Shown here: piece after piece, positions 30,866 to 39,278 of the stretch
Layout of the letters: each line of letters starts with the position of its first letter
Position numbering within the stretch: position 1 is the stretch's first letter
Source of the DNA: Marispirochaeta sp.
Lineage (GTDB): Bacteria > Spirochaetota > Spirochaetia > JC444 > Marispirochaetaceae
Length of the DNA stretch: 64,000 nucleotides
Assembly: GCA_963676835.2 (NCBI GenBank)
Contig: CAXXFF010000002.1
Span: 224,001 to 288,000, forward strand
Reading direction: 5' to 3'
Translations under genes and position numbers: made by a program
Notes under the pieces: generated by a model
What the model was told of the DNA's origin: nothing
Database searches by the model: none
Seen by the model: only the letters and a program-made list of their open reading frames with translations

Positions 30866-30987
30866 ATTCTACTCTACCTCTCAAATATAATTGTATTTCC
30901 TGCTTTTCAAGCAATTTAGAGTCAGCAAGAAAGTTTTTATTCTTGTCAAATCAAGCAGGGGCGGAAGCACAGCTCCCACGGATGGCA

Positions 30988-31016
30988 ATACTATAGAAAA
31001 TACGCATCTATTACAA
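30988..31016 (-). promoter_or_regulatory. sigma70 promoter of fusA
   Basis: TTGTAA (31016-31011)-17-TAGTAT (30993-30988). Confidence 0.5.
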
Positions 31017-31117
31017 GTACTGCAGATGCAGGAGACTCACTGCTATATCCTTTATTAACAGAAAGTTAACCCTTCAGGATACTGGCGGTCTGCGCCGGCT
31101 AAGGCTATACTGTATCA

Positions 31118-31891
31118 GTGGATATTTGCACAGGAACAAGCGGTTACTCCTATGGTGACTGGGTGGGGCCGGTCTATATGGAAGGAACAAAAAAAAGTGA
31201 TTTTTTCAGCCGCTACACACAGCTATTCAACTTTGTAGAGCTCAATTACAGCTACTACAGCTTTCCCGCAGCCCGGACCCTGAAGGCCCTTCAGGAAAAG
31301 GCACCAGAAGGATTCCGCTTTGCCCTTAAGGCTCATCAAAGCATGACCCACGAACAGGCAGACAACCTGCCGGACATCTGCGACCGCTTTACCGGGGTCC
31401 TTTCACCCCTACGAGAAGCAGGGTCCCTGGCGTCGGTGCTGCTCCAGTTTCCCTTCAGCTTTCACTACACAAAAGAGAACCGCCTGCGGCTTGATGCCCT
31501 TTGCAGGGGCCTTGAGAAAGTTCCGGTCCATGTGGAGTTCCGCAACACCGAATGGTTTCAGCAGAAAACCATTGACCAGCTGACAAGCCGGGGAGTCGGT
31601 ATTGTTACCTCGGACTATCCCCCGCTTCAGGGCCTGCCCGCATTTATCTTACACGGTGAAAATCCTGTTACTTACGTACGTTTTCACGGACGCAACAAAG
31701 AGAGCTGGTGGTCAGGAACCAATGTGAGCCGGTATGACTATCTCTACTCAAAAGAAGAGCTTGAAGAATGTATTCCGGTTCTTAAAGAAGCTGCGATAAA
31801 AAGCAAGGTTCTGCTGGTTGCCTTTAATAATCACTACAAAGGGAAGGCGGTGCAGAATGGGCGGGAGTTGGCGGGGCTGCTGGAGGAGTAA
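31118..31891 (+). CDS. DUF72 (YecE-like) protein
   Basis: GTSGYSY.DW, VELNYSYY, LLQFP.SF, VEFR, YVRFHGR, FNNH. Confidence 0.92.
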   Translation: MDICTGTSGYSYGDWVGPVYMEGTKKSDFFSRYTQLFNFVELNYSYYSFPAARTLKALQEKAPEGFRFALKAHQSMTHEQADNLPDICDRFTGVLSPLREAGSLASVLLQFPFSFHYTKENRLRLDALCRGLEKVPVHVEFRNTEWFQQKTIDQLTSRGVGIVTSDYPPLQGLPAFILHGENPVTYVRFHGRNKESWWSGTNVSRYDYLYSKEELEECIPVLKEAAIKSKVLLVAFNNHYKGKAVQNGRELAGLLEE

Positions 31892-32200
31892 GGACAGATA
31901 AAAAGAGAATCCGACCTGATATTCTCAGTCAGGTATCGAAAACAACTATGCTACATTTTTCTGCTTCTCGAGTTCCAATCCACCGTTGACAAACTCATGC
32001 CGATACGGTTTCTTCGCTATATTCTTGAATCCTATGAGTCAAATAAAGAATTGAGACAAAACAGCAAATACCCGACTGTTTTTCCTGTACTGCTTTATTC
32101 TGGCGATAAACAATGGACAGCGGAGTTCGAAATCAACAGACTGATCCATCAGGGCATTCCGTCAAAGTATATTCCGAAGTTCAGGTATTACCCGATATAG
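31892..32200 (+). pseudogene. Rpn/YhgA-like PD-(D/E)XK nuclease, internal fragment with no start and no C-terminus
   Basis: KRESDLIF...FLLLEFQSTVDKLMPIRFLRY...PTVFPVLLYSG..W, starting directly after the DUF72 stop. Confidence 0.75.
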
Positions 32201-32364
32201 GCAATACCACGCAAAACTGCTTATAAATATGATATAAGTAAACATAAGCAACCTTAAAATCCCCACGCCCAAGAAGCCCATTGGTGCTCATTGAATCACA
32301 CCAAGTCCATGCCGGGTTAAGACAAGGGATAGAGGAAAGAAAAAGACAATGGACTTGACCTCAA

Positions 32365-32703
32365 AGTGAAGGTGTCGGAATAATGAAAATATTTTGTTAC
32401 GACCTGATGCTCGTGGAACTATTAACCCAAAGAGGCGGTATCAGTTTTCTTTTTCAGGACAGCAGTATCGATGATGGGGTTGACTCCAGACAAAGATCAT
32501 TAGCCTTAATATATGCGGATCGCAAAGCAAAGGAGACGAAATTTCAATATATTTGCGCAAAGAACTCCGACATGATCCCTAATGAAGATTTCATCATTGA
32601 TGACTATGTCCGCCTGATTCTCAAGGATCAAAAAACCAAGGATTCTACTTTAGGCTTCCATTTTGAATTATCAAAAAAGAATACAAATGAGGATAGTCAA
32701 TGA
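32365..32703 (+). pseudogene. DUF2326 (ABC-three-component ATPase) C-terminal remnant
   Basis: SEGVGIMKIFCYDL...FLFQDS..DGVDSRQ resembles the DUF2326 signature; upstream frame is closed. Confidence 0.6.
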
Positions 32704-32771
32704 GTTCAAATAAATTCACCGAAGAAAATCTCGAAAAAGCAATAATCAACCTGCTGGAACAGCGAATATGA
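32700..32771 (+). pseudogene. 23-codon stub resembling the N-terminus of a type I restriction HsdR
   Basis: MSSNKFTEENLEKAIINLLEQRI*; ATGA-coupled to both neighbours. Confidence 0.5.
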
Positions 32772-34105
32772 TCACCTTCCGTCCCTACGAAGACGAAACC
32801 ACCGAATTCAAACGCCAACTCACCGATTCTCTCGAAAAGGAAGTTGTAGCTTTTCTCAATTCCGATAAAGGCGGCGACATCTATATCGGGGTGGAAGATG
32901 ACGGCACGGTTACAGGTATTTCCAACCCGGACAAACTGCAGCTGTCCATAATAGACCGTATAAAAACCAACATTCTCCCCACGGTTTTGGGATTTTTCGA
33001 CGTGGTTACCCGTGAAATCCAGGGAAAACCGGTCATTCATGTCATAGTAACCCGGGGGATCGAAAAGCCCTATTATCTGAAAAAATACGGTCTTTCCCCG
33101 GCTGGTGCTTACATTCGCGTGGGGACCGGCGTACAGCAATTGACTCCGGAAATGATTGACCGGCTCTATGCCTCGCGAACCCGCAATTCTTTGAGAAATA
33201 TCCCATCGCCCAGGGCAAAATTGAGTTTCAATCAGCTCAAAATCTATTACGAGGAGATGGGTTTTTCCATAAACGACTCTTTTCTGGAAAATCTGGACTT
33301 GTACACCCCTAAGGGAGATTTGAATTATGTCGCATACCTGCTGGCCGATCAGAACAGCGTATCCATCAAGGTGGCAAAATATGGGGGAATCGACAAAGTT
33401 GACCTTATTGAAAATGAAGAGTACGGATTCTGTTCCCTTATCAAGGCAACCAACCGGGTTCTGGATAAACTGGAAATTGAAAACAGGACGTTCACAAAAA
33501 TCACCGGAGCTCCACGGCGACTGCAAAAAAGGATGATAGATCAAAGCGCCCTGCGTGAAGCCCTGATCAATGCCATGGTTCACAATGACTACACCCGGGA
33601 AGTGATGCCGGTTGTGGAGATTTATGTCGATAGATTAACCATTACCTCCTACGGCGGCCTGGTGTCGGGACTATCCCGGGAGGAGTTTTTCAACGGCCGT
33701 TCCATGATCCGTAACCGGGAGCTGATGCGGGTCTACAGAGACCTTGATCTGGTTGAACAGCTTGGTTCGGGAATGAACAGGATTTTACAGGCCTATCCTC
33801 GAGACATCTTCCGTTTCAGTGAGAATTTCATGGAAGTCTGTTTTTCCTTCGACGAAAGGTATTCCCGATCTGAAGAAAATATTGGTGAAATGTCGGGAAA
33901 GCGTCGGGAAAGCGTCGGGAAAACGTCGGGATTGATTCTTGATGCCTGTCGGGAAAACCCATCTGTAACCATCCCCGAGATGGCCATTGCCATTGGCATT
34001 ACCGAACGTTCGGTTCAACGGAATATTCAGAAACTTCAGGAAAACGGCTTTCTCCATCGTGAAGGAGGAAGAAAAGAAGGACACTGGAAGGTTAACGATG
34101 AGTAA
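32768..34105 (+). CDS. AlbA_2 (Schlafen-like) + HATPase_c_4 + winged-HTH protein
   Basis: EDETTEFK, VAFLNSDKGGDIYIGVEDDG, ALREALINAMVHNDY, EQLGSG, C-terminal HTH with REGGRKEGHW. Confidence 0.9.
   Translation: MITFRPYEDETTEFKRQLTDSLEKEVVAFLNSDKGGDIYIGVEDDGTVTGISNPDKLQLSIIDRIKTNILPTVLGFFDVVTREIQGKPVIHVIVTRGIEKPYYLKKYGLSPAGAYIRVGTGVQQLTPEMIDRLYASRTRNSLRNIPSPRAKLSFNQLKIYYEEMGFSINDSFLENLDLYTPKGDLNYVAYLLADQNSVSIKVAKYGGIDKVDLIENEEYGFCSLIKATNRVLDKLEIENRTFTKITGAPRRLQKRMIDQSALREALINAMVHNDYTREVMPVVEIYVDRLTITSYGGLVSGLSREEFFNGRSMIRNRELMRVYRDLDLVEQLGSGMNRILQAYPRDIFRFSENFMEVCFSFDERYSRSEENIGEMSGKRRESVGKTSGLILDACRENPSVTIPEMAIAIGITERSVQRNIQKLQENGFLHREGGRKEGHWKVNDE
33892..33930 (+). repeat. 11-bp tandem repeat GTCGGGAAA(G/A)C x3.5 in the linker before the HTH
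   Basis: Units at 33892, 33903, 33914, partial at 33925; a further copy at 33948-33958. Confidence 0.9.
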
Positions 34106-34280
34106 ATTCACCGAAGAAAAGCTTGAAGAGTATAAAAAAAAACTTCTCGCCGAGGGAGAAGAGAAGGGGTTGAAACTTGGAATACTCGAATCTGCAAAAC
34201 GGCTGAAAGCCAAAGGACTACCCCTCAATAAAATTGCAGAACTTCTTGATCTCGATATATCAGAAATAGAGAAATTGTAG
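34098..34280 (+). CDS. Small chimeric ORF: HsdR-like start fused to an Rpn C-terminal (RpnS-like) domain
   Basis: MSKFTEEKLE followed by EGEEKGLKLGILESAKRLKAKGLPLNKIAELLDLDISEIEKL, the typical Rpn tail. Confidence 0.65.
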   Translation: MSKFTEEKLEEYKKKLLAEGEEKGLKLGILESAKRLKAKGLPLNKIAELLDLDISEIEKL

Positions 34281-34286
34281 ACAACA

Positions 34287-37200
34287 CTATCCCGTAAACA
34301 GAAACCGCCGCTTCTCCTGGGCAATGAAGGCTTCTGCCTTCTCCATGAACAACCGTGCCGCCCGGTCGTCGGGGTTGGAAGCGATAATCTTCTGGAACAG
34401 GGTGGAGGCAGTATCAAAATCCTTCTTGGAAAAAGCAAGAATAGCCTCTTCAAATTCGGTCTTGGTTTCATTTTTGAGGCTCTTGAGAGGTTCCGGATCG
34501 CCGTCAAAGATCTCAAACAGGGATACGGTACTGTTCTTTCCCTTTACCCGCACTTTTCCCAGAAAGCGGAAACCGTAATCCGTGGGATTCTCCAGCTTTA
34601 CAAAGGATTCCTGACTGATAATAATGTTGGCTCCGTAAAGCTTGGTAACATCCTGAATCCGTGAGGCAAGGTTTACCGCATCGGAGATAACCGTTCCCTG
34701 CATACGGCCCTTATCGCCGATAATTCCAAGGATCAGGTTTCCCGTATGAATACCGACACCGATACTGATGGGCCGATAACCGCAGGTGGCCCGCTGTTTG
34801 TTGTAGAGCTCCATATGCCCCACCATCTCCTGGGCTGCCCGGATTGCATCTTCCGGCCTGCTCGGAAAAAGAGCCATAATGGAGTCACCGATGTACTTGT
34901 CGATAATCCCCCCGTTCTCCTGAATCATGGGGCTGAGCCTGCTTAAAAATGAGTTGATGAACTTGAAGTTCTCCTGGGGGGTCATACTCTCAGACAGATT
35001 GGTGAATGCCCGGATATCCACAAAGAGTACGGTCATTTCTTTCTGAACCTGATCTCCCAACTGAATATCCACAATATTTTTATGGCCCAGAAATTCCAGA
35101 AACTCAATCGGCACAAAGCGACTGTAGATGGTATTGGTTCTGGCAAGGTTCAGGTGAGTTTTTACCCGCACCAGCAGCTCTTCCTGGGTATAGGGCTTGG
35201 CCAGAAAATCATTGGCCCCGGCCTGCAGCCCCTCTTCCATATCCATAGCTTCCGACTTGGCGGTTACCAGAATGATGGGAAGTTCCGAGGTGGGATAGCT
35301 TTCCCGAACGTGACGACAGACTTCATACCCGTTCATCCCGGGCATCATAATATCAAGAAGAATCAAATCCGGCTCAAGATCATTGAGCTTCTCCAGCATC
35401 TCCTCCCCTGACAGAAAAGGAAGGATTCTGTATACACCGCCGGAGAGCTGATTCTTGATTACCTGCAGATTTACCGGGTTATCATCAACGACAACAATGT
35501 TGAATTTAGGGGTTCCACCCTCATCTTCGGACTCGTCCAGGGACTCCAGGTTTTCCAGTGCATCCAGAGAGAGCTCCAGTGCTTCCACTCCTTCGGTCTG
35601 GGCGTCTTTTGACCCTTCAGGAAGATGAAACGTAAAGACCCCCGTGCCGTCTCCTTCACAACTGTAATGAAGATTACCACCGTGAAGCTCTATCAGAAGG
35701 CGCGAAATAGCCAGACTTAAGCCGGCGGTTTTAAATCCTTCTATCAGGGTAAGATCATCTTCCTGATAGGCCTTGAATGATTTATCAACCTTTTCCTGGG
35801 TAAGATTTTCTATTCCCGATGCGGTTATGGTAACCAGCACCAGACGTTTCTTTTCATCCGTCTCGGCAGAAATGCTGATTTTCCCCTTTTCAGAGAAGCG
35901 GATTGCTGTTCCGATAAGATTATACAGAATCTGTTCCAGCCGGTTCTCATCTCCCCGGACAAAGACTGAGTGGGGCTCTATGGTATTCTCCAGTTCAACA
36001 TTGTTACCCATAACCAGGGGAACACACATTTTACGGACGATATCAGCGGCAACGGAGAGATCAACTTCACTGCTTCGCAGAGTAAGGCCGCCTTCCTGGA
36101 GCTTGGAAAAATCCAGAATATCGTTGACCATGGCGTTCAGCCGTATACCGGAAGAAAAAACCAGGGACAATGTAGACTTCTGATCTTCAGTAAGATCCCC
36201 CATAGCCCCCCGCAGGAGAGATTCGGAAAGACCGACAATGCCGTGAATGGGTGTCCGCAGCTCATGACTGGTATGAGCAAGAATATGCTCTTTCAGTCTG
36301 TCGGCGGTATGCATATGGGTATGCAGATCTTTTAAAACCTGATTGCTGCGGTAAATTGAGAGAAGATGATCCAGTAGGGTCAGAAAAGAGAAAAAAAGCA
36401 GCCCCTGAGAAAACAGATAGACTGAGTGTATATAGCCCGACCAGAGAAGAAAATCATTAACCCCCAGCCCTAAAAGCAGCAGAATCCCCAGAAAATGAAG
36501 ACCTGCGCTGGTGTCTCCTCCGAGAAATCGTTTTACAAGCCTGACAGAAAAACATGCCATCAGCAGGGCGCTGAGCCCGAAATAGACGAGAAACAGGTAG
36601 CCCAGAAATGCGGGGGGAATAAAAAAATAGGCCCCGGTTAAACCGGCAAGAGAAATTGTGTATATAACCAGAGGAGCAGTTCTGATATCCGGATTATAGC
36701 GGCTGCGGATATAGAGACCCAGAGCAATCCCTCCGAGAAAGAGTGAAAAATACTCCGCCATAAGGAAGAACTGCCAGGGCTCGCCATGCAGCAAGGTTAG
36801 AAGCAGCTTTTCTTCCGTTACAAGAACACGTAAAATAGCCGCAAAGGCAAACAGGCTGAAAAAGAGATGTTCCCAGCGGAAACTGAAAGCCGTAAGCATC
36901 AGAAAAAGCAGGCCGGTTACCATCAGAGCAGAAACAATAAACAGGCTCAAGGCTGAGCGTAAAATTGAACGAAGAGTAATCTGTTCCGGATCGCCTACAA
37001 GGAAGGGCGATTCCCATGCTCCGCCGGTAAAATGGTGAAAGCTGGAAACCTGCAGAACTATTTCCAGTGAACCATCCTCCGGAACAGGGACAGTTATAAT
37101 GCTTTGAAGAGAAGCCGGTCTTTCATGAGCGACATCATGGTCGGCTTCACCGTAAAGCAGGTGTTCCCTGCCGTTAACCCAGAGCCTGCCTGCTGAACGA

Positions 37201-37574
37201 AGCGGCGGCACCCACAGTGATACCAGTTCTGTTCCATTTAAACCGTTAATACCGAGTCGATATGTTGCTGTCGGGGGCTTTCCTGCAAAAGTTCCGGCGG
37301 GGAGATTTCTCCAGCTGTCGGAAAGGGGATAGGACATATAATTTCCCTTATCACCTTCTGTACCACCTTCTGAAGGCGAAAGCAGCACCCCCGGCTGAAA
37401 ATCCCAGTTACCTGAAAGCGTATACACTTCGCCGGCAAGAGTTCCGGTGATCTCCGCGCTGCCGTGATCCAGAGCAACGGGAACCCCGGTAACGGTCCAG
37501 AGAAGAACCCAAAGAGCTCCTGCGGAGGTGAGAAGTATGGCTGTAAGGAGAAGCACGCCGACCTTGTTTCGCAT
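34287..37574 (-). CDS. 7TM-DISM sensor / HisKA-HATPase(degenerate) / REC / class III adenylate cyclase / TPR hybrid
   Basis: Periplasmic beta domain, 7 TM helices, SHELRTP, VDD..DIMMP..KP, FVDIRAFT, IDKYIGD, GTVISDAVNLASR. Confidence 0.9.
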   Translation of the reverse strand: MRNKVGVLLLTAILLTSAGALWVLLWTVTGVPVALDHGSAEITGTLAGEVYTLSGNWDFQPGVLLSPSEGGTEGDKGNYMSYPLSDSWRNLPAGTFAGKPPTATYRLGINGLNGTELVSLWVPPLRSAGRLWVNGREHLLYGEADHDVAHERPASLQSIITVPVPEDGSLEIVLQVSSFHHFTGGAWESPFLVGDPEQITLRSILRSALSLFIVSALMVTGLLFLMLTAFSFRWEHLFFSLFAFAAILRVLVTEEKLLLTLLHGEPWQFFLMAEYFSLFLGGIALGLYIRSRYNPDIRTAPLVIYTISLAGLTGAYFFIPPAFLGYLFLVYFGLSALLMACFSVRLVKRFLGGDTSAGLHFLGILLLLGLGVNDFLLWSGYIHSVYLFSQGLLFFSFLTLLDHLLSIYRSNQVLKDLHTHMHTADRLKEHILAHTSHELRTPIHGIVGLSESLLRGAMGDLTEDQKSTLSLVFSSGIRLNAMVNDILDFSKLQEGGLTLRSSEVDLSVAADIVRKMCVPLVMGNNVELENTIEPHSVFVRGDENRLEQILYNLIGTAIRFSEKGKISISAETDEKKRLVLVTITASGIENLTQEKVDKSFKAYQEDDLTLIEGFKTAGLSLAISRLLIELHGGNLHYSCEGDGTGVFTFHLPEGSKDAQTEGVEALELSLDALENLESLDESEDEGGTPKFNIVVVDDNPVNLQVIKNQLSGGVYRILPFLSGEEMLEKLNDLEPDLILLDIMMPGMNGYEVCRHVRESYPTSELPIILVTAKSEAMDMEEGLQAGANDFLAKPYTQEELLVRVKTHLNLARTNTIYSRFVPIEFLEFLGHKNIVDIQLGDQVQKEMTVLFVDIRAFTNLSESMTPQENFKFINSFLSRLSPMIQENGGIIDKYIGDSIMALFPSRPEDAIRAAQEMVGHMELYNKQRATCGYRPISIGVGIHTGNLILGIIGDKGRMQGTVISDAVNLASRIQDVTKLYGANIIISQESFVKLENPTDYGFRFLGKVRVKGKNSTVSLFEIFDGDPEPLKSLKNETKTEFEEAILAFSKKDFDTASTLFQKIIASNPDDRAARLFMEKAEAFIAQEKRRFLFTG

Positions 37575-37654
37575 ATATACTATCTATCGGAAAAATTGGC
37601 CAAAAAGCAAGGAGAACTTTCAGCAAGTCTGACATAACGCCGATAGTATATATG
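37572..37654. repeat. 13-bp perfect inverted repeat bracketing the divergent intergenic region
   Basis: CATATATACTATC (37572-37584) / GATAGTATATATG (37642-37654). Confidence 0.85.
37620..37646 (+). promoter_or_regulatory. Possible sigma28 (FliA) promoter
   Basis: TCAG-15 nt-GCCGATAG versus consensus TAAA-N15-GCCGATAA. Confidence 0.35.
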
Positions 37655-37661
37655 AAGAACT

Positions 37662-39278
37662 ATGAAAATAGACAGATTATCTCTTTTTACATTCCCCAGA
37701 CGACTCAGGTTTCCATTGCCGTGGATATTGGCTCCGGTATTCTTTGCTTTTCTCACCCTGCAGATCCATGCCCTGGATGAAGAAATCGTCATTGGACGGG
37801 AGAATGGCTGGGGAAGGGTCCGTTACGACCATACAATGCAGGAACACCGGGGATTCCAGGGGTATTCGGATATTCTTCTCAGCGATGCAGCCTATGAACC
37901 GGACGACGCTACAGATCTGCTCCTCCATTTTGACTCTCCCTCGCCGGAACCAAGCCTGCTGGTAAGCTCCGCAGATACAACAGGAAGAATCCGCTGGGAA
38001 AATCCTGCCCGGTACAGCCTGAATCCTGCCAATATTGAGGCGGAGAATCGCCTTCGGGTTTTCGGCAGCGGTGCGGCACTTTTTTCCGGAAAAGAGAGCC
38101 GCCTGAATCTCTCTGCCGGTCCGGGATCCCTCTTTTTCCCCGGCACCGACTGGAGAGATTTCACCTTCGAGTTCTGGCTCTATCCTGCAGAAACGGAATC
38201 GGTTCAGCAGCTGCTCTTCTGGGAAGGAGTAACCCTTCCGGGAGAGTGGGGGACAACATCCAGAACCCAGAATATACGCTGCACCATGGGCAGCAACCGT
38301 TTAATCTGGCAGTTTACCAACCTTTTCAGGCCGCCCATGCAGCAGGAGTTCTCCCTGGAGCTGAAAGGACAGCGGGAACTTCTTCCAAGACAATGGCACC
38401 ACCACATGGTCCGCTTCAGTGCAGAGACCGGACTGCTTGAATACCTTATAGACGGAATAATGGAAGACTTCGCCTATGCCAACAGTGAGAACCGTGAAAC
38501 CGGAGTGGTGTTTACTCCCCTTACAGGTTCCGCCAGCCGCAGGGATCTCTCTATCGGTACCGGTCTTGAGGGGGTTATGGACGAACTCCGCATATCTTCG
38601 GTATTCCGGAGCAACATTCCTCCCGCTCCCTATCAGGACAGGCAGGGAACCGCAATTATAGGCCCCCTTGATCTTGAGCATGCAGCCAGCCGTCTGGTTT
38701 CTGTAAAAAGCAGTTTCAGCACCCCCGGCGACTCGGATATATTTTTTTATTACGCTTTAAACCAGACTCCTTTTGCCATGGCCATTGATGATGCCGGCTG
38801 GATACCTTTTACCCCGGGTGGTATATTCTCTCCGGAAACCCGGGGCCGCTATCTTCACCTGATGGCAGCCCTCTACCCCGATGGTATGGAGCAGTACAGT
38901 CCGGTGCTTTCAGATATAAGTGTTGTATACACCCCGGATCTTCCCCCCTCACCGCCTGGCAAGGTTACAGCCCTGCCCCAGGACGGTGGTGTACACCTCA
39001 GCTGGGAATCCGTTCCGGATCCTGATGTACAGGGATATAAAATCTATTACGGAACAAGCCCGGGACGCTATTTCGGGAATGACGCCGCAGAAGGATCATC
39101 CCCGGTGGATGCGGGAAATACAACAGAGATGACTCTTACGGGCCTTACCAACGGACGGCTCTACTACTTTACCGTGGTCGCCTATGACAATTCTCCCCGG
39201 CCCTTCCAGACCCTCTTTTCCATGGAAGTCAGCGCCAGGCCCCGCAGACTCAGTTCCGATTCCGGCGGAGGAATGTAG
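37662..39278 (+). CDS. Secreted LamG-like jellyroll + fibronectin type III protein
   Basis: Signal peptide; DLLLHFD, FTFEFWLYP, WHH, MDELRIS; FN3 VHLSW..PD.DVQGYKIYYG..LTNGRLYYFTVVAYD. Confidence 0.85.
   Translation: MKIDRLSLFTFPRRLRFPLPWILAPVFFAFLTLQIHALDEEIVIGRENGWGRVRYDHTMQEHRGFQGYSDILLSDAAYEPDDATDLLLHFDSPSPEPSLLVSSADTTGRIRWENPARYSLNPANIEAENRLRVFGSGAALFSGKESRLNLSAGPGSLFFPGTDWRDFTFEFWLYPAETESVQQLLFWEGVTLPGEWGTTSRTQNIRCTMGSNRLIWQFTNLFRPPMQQEFSLELKGQRELLPRQWHHHMVRFSAETGLLEYLIDGIMEDFAYANSENRETGVVFTPLTGSASRRDLSIGTGLEGVMDELRISSVFRSNIPPAPYQDRQGTAIIGPLDLEHAASRLVSVKSSFSTPGDSDIFFYYALNQTPFAMAIDDAGWIPFTPGGIFSPETRGRYLHLMAALYPDGMEQYSPVLSDISVVYTPDLPPSPPGKVTALPQDGGVHLSWESVPDPDVQGYKIYYGTSPGRYFGNDAAEGSSPVDAGNTTEMTLTGLTNGRLYYFTVVAYDNSPRPFQTLFSMEVSARPRRLSSDSGGGM

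Noticed and set aside
31889..31996. Stop-codon readthrough fusing DUF72 to the in-frame Rpn fragment
   Set aside because: The TAA stop shows no recoding context, a same-frame junction has a 1-in-3 chance, and the Rpn piece is truncated.
32645..33583. 312-aa minus-strand ORF
   Set aside because: Antisense shadow of the AlbA_2 gene.
33892..33958. Repeats as a CRISPR array or iterons
   Set aside because: Contiguous 11-bp units with no spacers, inside a CDS, and no cas or rep genes.
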